From Fidelibacterota bacterium (GTDB lineage: Bacteria; Fidelibacterota; Fidelibacteria; Fidelibacterales; DSDE01), in assembly GCA_046735395.1 (NCBI GenBank), contig JBJKQR010000067.1:1-14546 (forward strand): a stretch of DNA of 14,546 bases. The letters are read 5' to 3'. Below, piece after piece: positions 1 to 8,044 of the stretch. Under the pieces are notes generated by a model. It saw nothing but the letters and a program-made list of their open reading frames with translations. It ran no database searches and had not been told where the DNA came from. The translations under genes and the position numbers were made by a program. How positions within the stretch are numbered: the first letter of the stretch is position 1; each line of letters opens with the position of its first letter.

Positions 1-1
1 G

Positions 2-157
2 ACCGGCCGTCTGGTTGAAACTCTCTTCAACGGTTTTCAGGCTGAAGGACATCATACTCTGGTATGGAATGGCGCCAACTATGCTTCCGGTACTTATATC
101 GTGAAACTGACCGGTGCTTCCAATACCGCTTCCATCAAAATGACTCTCATGAAATAA
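2..157 (+). CDS. 3' end of a secreted protein with a T9SS/Por-type C-terminal sorting domain (partial, begins before the window)
   Basis: Frame 2 reads TGRLVETLFNGFQAEGHHTLVWNGANYASGTYIVKLTGASNTASIKMTLMK* (TAA 155-157). This fits the G-x-x-V...W...SGxYxV...KxxxxK pattern of T9SS type A C-terminal domains. Confidence 0.8.
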   Translation, partial: TGRLVETLFNGFQAEGHHTLVWNGANYASGTYIVKLTGASNTASIKMTLMK

Positions 158-178
158 TCAGATTCTGATCTGCATTTC

Positions 179-209
179 AAAAGGCCGTCTGGTTCAGGCG
201 GCCTTTTTT
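179..209 (+). terminator. Rho-independent terminator
   Basis: AAAAGGCCGTCTG-GTT-CAGGCGGCC-TTTTTT: GC-rich stem plus T-run, about 20 nt after the stop codon. Confidence 0.85.
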
Positions 210-277
210 ATTATATATCACTTTTTTAAACTGATCCGTCTCAAAGAAACATCCCGATAACCTGTAAACAGGTTTTT

Positions 278-306
278 CCTGAACCTGACCGCTCGGTTAA
301 TTCAGG
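278..306. promoter_or_regulatory. Putative distal TetR operator (extended inverted repeat)
   Basis: CCTGAA-CC-TGACCG-CT-CGGTTA-A-TTCAGG. The core at 286-299 (reverse complement TAACCGAGCGGTCA) resembles the proximal site at 442-455. Confidence 0.5.
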
Positions 307-414
307 TTTTTACCCCGACATTTCCTCAGTTTACCGATTCTTTATCTCACTCTGTTCTGAACTTTCCTAATTTCAGGATATGAAAAGAGCCACCACAAAA
401 AATATGAAAAAGAA

Positions 415-443
415 TTGACTGTCTTGAAAAATAGCTCTAACTT
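415..443 (+). promoter_or_regulatory. Putative sigma70 promoter of the efflux operon
   Basis: TTGACT (415-420), 17-nt spacer, TAACTT (438-443). AGGAGG follows at 461-466 and the ATG at 479. Confidence 0.5.
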
Positions 444-460
444 ACCGGCCGGTCAGTAAG
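441..460. promoter_or_regulatory. Putative proximal TetR operator overlapping the -10/+1 region
   Basis: CTTACCGGCCGGTCAGTAAG contains the near-palindrome TTACCG-GC-CGGTCA (442-455) and CTTAC/GTAAG arms, just upstream of the TetR gene. Confidence 0.65.
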
Positions 461-478
461 AGGAGGCTGGATCTGAAT

Positions 479-1057
479 ATGAAAAATAAAATCAAGGAAA
501 CAGCAAGCCGGATGTTCCAGGAGAAGGGTTTTCACCAGACATCCATGAGAGAGATTGCTGAGGAACTGCAGGTGACAAAGGCAGCGCTGTATTACCATTA
601 TCAGACAAAGGAAGAATTATTCGAGGCGATAATCCGGGATGCCTTCCAGACTATGAACACCTTTTCCGGGCCCATTTCCGATGATGCCGATGTCTGGGAC
701 ATTATCCGGCTCTGGATCGGGGAAGTGGTGCATCAGCGGAAGGTCAATCCGCATATCCGCCGTCTGATTTTCAACCTTATGATCGGCCGCTACAGAAATC
801 AGATTACCTTCGATACCCGTCCCTATCTCGAACGGGCCGTCGTCTTTTTCCGGGCTCTTCTTCAGCGGGGCATAGATAATGGCGAAATCCGCAATGATAT
901 TCCTTTCGAGCTGATGTTGAAATTTATTATAACCTCCGTCCAGGGTGTTCTCAGTGAAATGGATGCCAATCCGCTCATCTCCATTCAGGACCTGGACGAG
1001 GATACGACTGTAAATGCATTATTTTTAATGATTAAAGGAGGTCTTAAATCTGCATGA
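479..1057 (+). CDS. TetR/AcrR family transcriptional regulator
   Basis: N-terminal HTH FQEKGFHQTSMREIAEELQVTKAALYYHYQTKEELF and C-terminal GIDNGEIR. First gene of the efflux operon. Confidence 0.95.
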   Translation: MKNKIKETASRMFQEKGFHQTSMREIAEELQVTKAALYYHYQTKEELFEAIIRDAFQTMNTFSGPISDDADVWDIIRLWIGEVVHQRKVNPHIRRLIFNLMIGRYRNQITFDTRPYLERAVVFFRALLQRGIDNGEIRNDIPFELMLKFIITSVQGVLSEMDANPLISIQDLDEDTTVNALFLMIKGGLKSA

Positions 1058-2373
1058 AATCACTGATTATTAAACTACTGGCTGCAACCCTGCTCAGCAG
1101 CGTCATGCTGTCTGCCCAGATTACCAGCCTCGCGGAAGCGGAGCGGCTTGCTCTGGACTATGCTCTGCAGCTGCAGATTGCCAATACGGGTGTGGAGAAA
1201 GCAAATATTGCTTTCCGGGATGCGGTGGGATCTGTCCTGCCGACGGTTTCAGCCTATGGGCAGGCAACCACCAATCAGGAATTACCCACCATTATCATCG
1301 ATTTCGATGGTCCTGGCGGAAATCCTCCCACTGCCATCGCAATGGGATCAAAATACAGCAACACGGGCGGATTCTCCCTTTCGCAGCCGCTCTTCACCGG
1401 GGGCGCAGTTCTCGCCGGATATAAGATCGCAAAGGAAGGCGTTATCATGTCCTCTCTGAACGAACGGATAACGCGGGATAATACAATTCTGACTGTGCGT
1501 ACATTCTGGTATCAGTACCTGCTGACCCGCTCTCTTATTGATGCGACGCGGCAGGCTCTCGATTCCGGGCAGGGTAACCTGGATCTGGCGGAGAAGAAAT
1601 TCAAGAACGGAACGGCTTCCCAGTTCGAAGTGCTGCAGGCCCGGGTCAGTCTGGAACAGCTCCGGCCTCAGATGATTCAGCTGGAAAATCAGTTACGCAT
1701 CATTGAAGCCAACCTTCTTGCCTATGTGAATAACCCGGATGTTCATTCGGTTCAGCCTGAGGGAGCTCTGGAGATGGAGCCCAATCCCTTTAAAACGATG
1801 ACGCTGGATGAGGTTAAATCTCTGGGCATTGAAAATCGTCCCGAAATCAAGCTCCTGGAAGGTCAGAGAGTCATTGCCGAACAACAGCGGAATATTGCTG
1901 TCGGTATGACCCTGCCTATGGTCAGCTTTTCAGCGGATGTACGTCATCAGGCGCAATCGAATGTCAAATCAGACCTGAAATATATGCGATCCAAATCCAC
2001 GTCCATCAATGTGAGCATCCCGCTCTTTGCCGGTGGTAAAAAACTCGCTTCCATCCAGTCTGCTCAGGTTGCTCTGAAGGAAGCGGATCTGAAGATCGAA
2101 CAGGCCCGCACAGGTATCGCCACCGAAATCGAAAGCATGTACTATAAGCTGGGTGAAGCGGAACAGAAGGTGGATGCGAATGCCAGTCTCGTCGAACAGG
2201 CCAATGAGGCTCTCAGACTTGCCACGCTGACCTACGAAAACGGCAGCTCAACCCAACTCGATGTTCAGAATGCCCGGTCTGCTTCGCTGCAGGCGAAATC
2301 CGCCTGGCTCTCCGCCATCTTTGAATACAATCTGGCTGTCAATCAATTGAAAAAATCCGTTAATAAATTATAA
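1054..2373 (+). CDS. TolC family outer membrane efflux protein
   Basis: Signal peptide, SLSQPLFTGG and VSIPLFAGG motifs, and repeated KFKNGTASQFEV / YENGSSTQLDV helices. ATGA overlap with the TetR gene. Confidence 0.93.
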   Translation: MKSLIIKLLAATLLSSVMLSAQITSLAEAERLALDYALQLQIANTGVEKANIAFRDAVGSVLPTVSAYGQATTNQELPTIIIDFDGPGGNPPTAIAMGSKYSNTGGFSLSQPLFTGGAVLAGYKIAKEGVIMSSLNERITRDNTILTVRTFWYQYLLTRSLIDATRQALDSGQGNLDLAEKKFKNGTASQFEVLQARVSLEQLRPQMIQLENQLRIIEANLLAYVNNPDVHSVQPEGALEMEPNPFKTMTLDEVKSLGIENRPEIKLLEGQRVIAEQQRNIAVGMTLPMVSFSADVRHQAQSNVKSDLKYMRSKSTSINVSIPLFAGGKKLASIQSAQVALKEADLKIEQARTGIATEIESMYYKLGEAEQKVDANASLVEQANEALRLATLTYENGSSTQLDVQNARSASLQAKSAWLSAIFEYNLAVNQLKKSVNKL

Positions 2374-2382
2374 GGATACTCC

Positions 2383-3639
2383 ATGAAAAAAGTAATTTCA
2401 ATCTCTTTCATTTTCCTGCTGCTGCTGGGCGCCTGCGGGAAAAAAGATAAAACGTCCATTGCCCGGCTCGATACTGCGGGACAGAAGATCGCGGAACTGA
2501 CCCGGACTTTTGACAGCGGAAAGAAGAGTGAGACCGATACACGGCTCTATATTTCCCAGATTAAAAATGTCATTGACGCACTGGCCCGGGATGAGTCGAA
2601 GGCCGACAGCATCAAGGCGATACCCGTGACGGTAACGAAGATGAGCAGGGAATCGGTGAATCAGGAAGTTCAGTACCTCGGGGATATCCAGGCTTCCTAT
2701 TCCGTGAAGGTCTATTCTAAGGTTCCGGACCGCATCCGCAGTTATTATGTGGAAGTCGGTGATTATGTGAAGGCGCAGCAGCCCATCGCTCAGATTGTCA
2801 ATGATCTGCAGACTCAGGGACTGAACCAGGCTGAAGCGGCACTGAAGTCCGCACGGAGTCAGTACAAGAATATTGAATCCGAATTTCAGCGCATTGAAAA
2901 TCTTTATAAGGAAAAGGCCGTGTCCCAATCCCAGTACGATCAGGTTCACACCCAGAAGCAGATCATGAAGAATGCGCTGGATCAGGCGACGGCCGGGTAC
3001 AATACGGCGAAGAAGCAATATGATGACGCGCTGGTCAAGGCGCCAATTTCCGGATACATCACCGAACGTAATTTTGAAGTGGGTGATGTGGCTCCGGTTC
3101 AGATGCAGCTGGTAACCATCTCCAAGGTCGGCACCATGAAAATCGTGGTCAATGTGATCGAAAAGGATATCACGCAGCTGAAAAAGGGCGGAATGGCAAT
3201 CGTGGAAGCCTCCTCCATCGAAGGGAAAACCTTCCATGGCCGGATTACCCGCATCAGTCCCGTCATCAGCCCGCTCACGCGTACCGGTGGGGTGGAAGTG
3301 GAAATCGACAATCCGGACGGACTGCTGAAGCCCGGTATGTATGCCCGTGTCAGACTGGTTCTGGAATCGGTCAGGAATGCTTACGTGCTGCCCAAGGACA
3401 TGGTTACGGTGCAGACCTATCAGGTCCGTGACGGCGAAACACTGCGTGATAATCAGATCAAAAAAAGATATTCGGTTTTTGTCATCGAGAATAACCTGTC
3501 CTTCCAGCGGGTTGTGAAACCGGGTATTATAACCAGAGACAAGATCCAGATCATTGACGGGCTGAAGCCTCAGGATCTGGTTATCGATCTCGGCCGGAAC
3601 ATGGTTCGGGATTCCAGTCTCGTCAGTATCATCGAATAG
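2383..3639 (+). CDS. RND efflux periplasmic adaptor (MFP) lipoprotein
   Basis: Lipobox LLLLGAC, lipoyl-like halves (VEVGDYVK, VKAPISGYI), a coiled-coil hairpin and NPDGLLKPGMYARV. Confidence 0.93.
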   Translation: MKKVISISFIFLLLLGACGKKDKTSIARLDTAGQKIAELTRTFDSGKKSETDTRLYISQIKNVIDALARDESKADSIKAIPVTVTKMSRESVNQEVQYLGDIQASYSVKVYSKVPDRIRSYYVEVGDYVKAQQPIAQIVNDLQTQGLNQAEAALKSARSQYKNIESEFQRIENLYKEKAVSQSQYDQVHTQKQIMKNALDQATAGYNTAKKQYDDALVKAPISGYITERNFEVGDVAPVQMQLVTISKVGTMKIVVNVIEKDITQLKKGGMAIVEASSIEGKTFHGRITRISPVISPLTRTGGVEVEIDNPDGLLKPGMYARVRLVLESVRNAYVLPKDMVTVQTYQVRDGETLRDNQIKKRYSVFVIENNLSFQRVVKPGIITRDKIQIIDGLKPQDLVIDLGRNMVRDSSLVSIIE

Positions 3640-3651
3640 GGGACATCCGTT

Positions 3652-6600
3652 ATGAATATATCCCAACTGTCAATACGCCGGGGAGTTACCTTTGCCATGC
3701 TGTACATTATTGCAGTGGGCTTCGGACTCTACGGCCTCTCACAATTGAAACTCGACCTGTATCCCAGTCTCGAGTTTCCCCTCATCGGAATTATTACAAA
3801 TTATGAAGGCGTCGGCCCACAGGATGTGGAAAACCTGGTTACCCGGCCCATTGAATCAAGCGTCGTGTCCGTGCAGGGCGTGAAGCAGATTACATCCCAG
3901 TCCAATCCGGGCGCTTCCATTCTCCTGGTGGAATTCAACTGGGGAACGGATATGACCAAAGCCGAGATTGATGTTCGAAAGAATATAGATCTCTATTCCG
4001 ATTATCTGCCGGACGGCGTGTCAAAACCCATTACCTTTGCCTTCAACCCGGCGATGCAGCCCATGATGTTTTTCAATATTACATCGGATAAGTACGGGAT
4101 TGCCGAACTCAGGAAAATCGCGGAGGAACAGATACAGCCGCGTCTCGAACGGCTTCCCGGTGTGGCTTCCATCAATGTGAATGGTGGCCTGGTCCGTGAA
4201 ATCGATGTGAAGATCGATCCCTACCGTCTGGCAGCCAATAACCTGTCCATGGATCAGGTGACCAATGCCATCCGCTATTCCAACCTGGAAATTCCCGGCG
4301 GAATTCTGGAGGAAAACAGCCGCGAATTCACGGTGAAGACCAATGCGGCCTATGAAAGCATCGATCAGATCGCCAATACGGTTGTGGGCTACTCGAAGAC
4401 CGGACAGCCCATTTATCTGAATCATGTGGCGACGGTGGAGGACGGCTACAAGGAAGAGGACATGGTGGTCCGGAACAATGAGAAGGATGCACTGGTCCTC
4501 ATTGCCTTCAAACAGACCGATGCCAATACGGTTCAGGCCTGTGAAAATCTGGTGAACTATTTCCCCGAGCTCAGACGGGAACTGGGAAATGATATCCAGT
4601 TTTCGATTATTTTCAATCAGGCTGATTTCATCAGGCGAAGTGTTTCGAACCTCTCCTCAACGGCCTTTCTCGCTTTTCTGCTCTCCGGACTGGTACTGCT
4701 CTTCTTTCTCCGTTCCTTCCGCTCTGCTTTCATCGTGGCCGCGTCCATCCCCATTTCCATCATCGTGACCTTCTTTGTCATGAGCCAGATGGGCCTGACG
4801 CTGAATATCATCTCCATGGCCGGCCTTGCTCTCGCCGTGGGTATGCTGGTGGATAACAGTATCGTGGTGCTCGAGAATATCTTCCGACGAAACCATGAGG
4901 TGGGTGAACCGATCCGTCTCGCCGCGGAGCGGGGCAGCCGGGAAATGTCCATGGCTATTACCGCTTCGACGCTGACCACCCTGTCCGTCTTTGTTCCCAT
5001 TCTCTTCGTACCGGGTATCAGCGGCCAGCTCTTCAAGGATATGGCCCTGACCATCGTCGTTTCGCTCATTACCTCACTGGCCGTGGCTCTCACCCTCATC
5101 CCGCTTGCCGCCAGCCGGCTGCTGTCCAAACGTCAGCAGCAGCACCGTTTCAAGCTCGGCCGCATCGTCGATACAGGCATTGGAAATATGCTGGATAAAA
5201 TGACGAATGCCTATACCCGCCTGCTTACCTGGGTGCTGGGACATAAAAAGCTGACCCTGCTTATCGTGGTTGGCGCCTTTATTATCTCTATCATCTCGGC
5301 AAAATGGATCGGGGGTGAATTTATTCCCACGGCTGACCGCGGGATGATACAGCTGAGCGTCGAGGCCTCTGTCGGAACCAGCGTATCCGAAATGGACCGC
5401 TACATGAAAAAGGTTGAGGACCGTCTGACCGGCCAGTTTCCCGAGATCCGGAATATCTATGTGAGTTTCGGTCGGCAGGAGGGATTCGGAGCCCTCTTCG
5501 GTTCGTCAGCCAGCAAAGGTACGATACAGCTCAGCCTGACCGACAAGGAGACCCGTGACCGGTCTCAGCAGCAGATTGAGGATATTATCCGTGAGGAATT
5601 TCAGGATATCCCCGGCGTGACGGTTTCCTTCAGCCAGAATAATCCGACCTCCTCGGAAGGAGCGCTGGCGGTGAAGGTTTTCGGCCAGGATCTGGATGAG
5701 GGCAAGCTGATTGCCAAACAGATCGTGAAAATCATGGAAGGAATACCGGGAATCGTGGATGTGAAGGCCTCCTTCGATCAGCCGCAGCCGGAATATCAGA
5801 TAAAAATAGACCGGGATCGCGCTTCACGTCTGGGTCTCAACGTCACCTCCGTGGCCCAGGCTGTCAATACGGCCATCAAGGGAACGGTAGCGTCCCAGTA
5901 CCGGGACGGAAATGATAATATTGATATTCTGGTCCGCTTCGACCGGCCTTTCCGTGAATCGGAAAATGACCTCAGTTCCATATTTGTCACGTCTCCAACC
6001 GGTGCGCAGATTCCGCTGCTGAATGTTGCGTCCGTGGTGCCTGCTGACGGCCCCGTGCGTATTGACCGGGAGGATCAGGCACGTTATGTGAGTGTCAATG
6101 CCAATATCAGCGGACGGGATCTGGGTTCCATTACCAAGGACCTGAAGAAGGATCTGGCATCCATCTCGCTTCCCCCAGATTTTCGTCTCGAGATCGGAGG
6201 TTCAGCCCAGGATATGCAGGAAAGCTTCATGTATCTGGCCCTTGCAATTCTCGTTGCCATCGCTCTGGTCTACATGGTTATGGCCAGCCAGTTCGAGTCT
6301 CTGCTTGATCCCTTCATCATCCTCTTTACCATTCCGCTTGCCTTCATCGGTGTGATTTTCGCCCTGCTGGTCAGCGGCACGAATGTGGGTGTGACCGTAT
6401 TCATCGGCGGGATGCTGCTGGTGGGAATCGTGGTGAATAACGGAATCGTGCTGATAGATTACATCAACCAGCTGATTGTGGAAAATCCGGAACTGTCTCT
6501 GAATGAAGCGATTATTGAAGGCGGAAAGACCCGTCTGCGGCCCATTCTCATGACGGCTCTGACAACTATTCTGTCCATGGCGCCCCTGGCACTGGAGATC

Positions 6601-6759
6601 GGATCTTCCTCGGAAATCTGGGCTCCCATGGCCCGTGCCGTTATCGGCGGTCTCACTGCCTCCACCTTTCTGACCACCATCTTCATCCCCATCATGTACG
6701 CCTTCTTCCAGAAAAAGAATATCGCGAAGAAACGTCTCGCTCTTCATCACGAAGACTGA
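3652..6759 (+). CDS. RND efflux permease (AcrB/SwrC-like)
   Basis: 1035 aa with RND architecture: GMLVDNSIVVLEN (TM4), GIVVNNGIVLID (TM10), RLRPILMT (TM11) and MASQFES. Confidence 0.96.
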   Translation: MNISQLSIRRGVTFAMLYIIAVGFGLYGLSQLKLDLYPSLEFPLIGIITNYEGVGPQDVENLVTRPIESSVVSVQGVKQITSQSNPGASILLVEFNWGTDMTKAEIDVRKNIDLYSDYLPDGVSKPITFAFNPAMQPMMFFNITSDKYGIAELRKIAEEQIQPRLERLPGVASINVNGGLVREIDVKIDPYRLAANNLSMDQVTNAIRYSNLEIPGGILEENSREFTVKTNAAYESIDQIANTVVGYSKTGQPIYLNHVATVEDGYKEEDMVVRNNEKDALVLIAFKQTDANTVQACENLVNYFPELRRELGNDIQFSIIFNQADFIRRSVSNLSSTAFLAFLLSGLVLLFFLRSFRSAFIVAASIPISIIVTFFVMSQMGLTLNIISMAGLALAVGMLVDNSIVVLENIFRRNHEVGEPIRLAAERGSREMSMAITASTLTTLSVFVPILFVPGISGQLFKDMALTIVVSLITSLAVALTLIPLAASRLLSKRQQQHRFKLGRIVDTGIGNMLDKMTNAYTRLLTWVLGHKKLTLLIVVGAFIISIISAKWIGGEFIPTADRGMIQLSVEASVGTSVSEMDRYMKKVEDRLTGQFPEIRNIYVSFGRQEGFGALFGSSASKGTIQLSLTDKETRDRSQQQIEDIIREEFQDIPGVTVSFSQNNPTSSEGALAVKVFGQDLDEGKLIAKQIVKIMEGIPGIVDVKASFDQPQPEYQIKIDRDRASRLGLNVTSVAQAVNTAIKGTVASQYRDGNDNIDILVRFDRPFRESENDLSSIFVTSPTGAQIPLLNVASVVPADGPVRIDREDQARYVSVNANISGRDLGSITKDLKKDLASISLPPDFRLEIGGSAQDMQESFMYLALAILVAIALVYMVMASQFESLLDPFIILFTIPLAFIGVIFALLVSGTNVGVTVFIGGMLLVGIVVNNGIVLIDYINQLIVENPELSLNEAIIEGGKTRLRPILMTALTTILSMAPLALEIGSSSEIWAPMARAVIGGLTASTFLTTIFIPIMYAFFQKKNIAKKRLALHHED

Positions 6760-6781
6760 CACCTGAATCAAACCTGATATG

Positions 6782-6813
6782 AAAGCCGGAAACCTGTTTT
6801 CCGGCTTTTTTTT
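6782..6813 (+). terminator. Rho-independent terminator of the efflux operon
   Basis: AAAGCCGGAAA-CCTGT-TTTCCGGC followed by eight T. Confidence 0.88.
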
Positions 6814-6922
6814 AATCTTCTAATTAATCTGAACCTTCACTCGGAATTTACCCTGTCTTTGATCAGGGCACGCTTGTCAAATGGCGGGCTTTTATCGTAA
6901 ATTCCTGAAAAAAAGGCGAAGT

Positions 6923-8044
6923 ATGATATATCTTGACTATAATGCGACCACACCGCTGGATCCACGGATTCTTCCGCTGATGCTGCCCTGGTTTACAGAA
7001 AAATTCGGCAATCCCTCCAGTTCACACGCACTGGGTATAGAGGCACGCAGGGCTGTGGACAGAGCGCGGGAGCAGGTAGCGGATTTGATCGGTGCTGATC
7101 CCTCAGAAATAATTTTTACATCCGGCGGATCGGAAGCGAATAATCTGGCTCTGAAGGGTCTGGCAGAGGCGGCCTCGGGAAAAGGGCGGCATATTGTTAT
7201 CTCAGCAGTAGAGCATCCGGCCATTACCCGGGTTTGTGACGAACTTGAAAAAGATGGCTACCGCATCAGCCGAATACCGGTAACGGCCGACGGTATCTGT
7301 GATCTGGCTGAGTATGAAGCTCTGCTGCGTCCGGAACCTATCCTGGTTTCGGTCATGACGGCAAACAATGAGACCGGAACGCTGCAGCCCGTTCAGGAGA
7401 TGGCGGACATCGCCCGGGAACGGGGAATTCTCTTTCACAGCGATGCGGCGCAGGCAGCGGGAAAGATTCCCCTCGATATGGGAAACTCAGCCATTTCGGC
7501 ACTGTCTCTGGCCGGGCATAAGTTTTACGGGCCGAAAGGCGCCGGTGCGCTGTATGTAAAGGCAGGGACGCCCATCCATGCCCAGATTCACGGAGCGAGG
7601 CAGGAGGGAGGCCTGAGGGCCGGTACCGAGAATGTACCGCTGATTGTCGGCCTGGGTGAGGCGGCCGCGCTGGCCCGGGAGGACCTGAGCCGCGATGCCA
7701 GGCATTCCGCAGTTCTCAGAGACCGGATGTGGGAACACTTGCTCAGAACTGTGCCGGGAATCCGCCGGAACGGCCATCCTGAAAAATGTCTGCCGAATAC
7801 GCTGAATGTTTCGGTTCCCAACTGTTCCGCCGTCTCCCTGCAGTCACGGCTTCCCGGACTGGCATTCAGTCTGGGTGCTGCCTGCAGCGGAGCAAAAAGC
7901 CGTCCGTCACCCGTTCTTACGGCCATGGGAATTTCGGAAGCATTGTCCCTGGGAACCTTCCGCTTCAGTACCGGCAGAATGACTTGTGAAAAAGATATCG
8001 ATGACGCTGTAAATTTATTTTCCGAAGCAGTTCTGAACGCTTAG
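6923..8044 (+). CDS. Group I (IscS/NifS-like) PLP-dependent cysteine desulfurase
   Basis: MIYLDYNATTP, FGNPSS, IIFTSGGSEANN, ANNETG, HSDAAQ, PLP lysine in GHKFYGPKG, RAGTENV and catalytic Cys in SLGAACS. The start was moved from 6881 to the ATG at 6923, where the family N-terminus begins. Confidence 0.92.
   Translation: MIYLDYNATTPLDPRILPLMLPWFTEKFGNPSSSHALGIEARRAVDRAREQVADLIGADPSEIIFTSGGSEANNLALKGLAEAASGKGRHIVISAVEHPAITRVCDELEKDGYRISRIPVTADGICDLAEYEALLRPEPILVSVMTANNETGTLQPVQEMADIARERGILFHSDAAQAAGKIPLDMGNSAISALSLAGHKFYGPKGAGALYVKAGTPIHAQIHGARQEGGLRAGTENVPLIVGLGEAAALAREDLSRDARHSAVLRDRMWEHLLRTVPGIRRNGHPEKCLPNTLNVSVPNCSAVSLQSRLPGLAFSLGAACSGAKSRPSPVLTAMGISEALSLGTFRFSTGRMTCEKDIDDAVNLFSEAVLNA

Noticed and set aside
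2398..3666. 422-aa antisense ORF over the MFP gene, plus other antisense or alternate-frame ORFs (e.g. 4617-5129, 6202-6771, 8494-9498, 10850-11488, 11783-12718)
   Set aside because: They overlap well-supported genes and have no recognisable motifs; typical shadow ORFs caused by codon bias.
6881..6922. N-terminal extensions in the ORF track for the desulfurase (MAGFYRKFLKKRRS) and for the fusion (10826-10882)
   Set aside because: Family homology starts at 6923 and 10883, and the extensions overlap probable promoter/RBS sequence.
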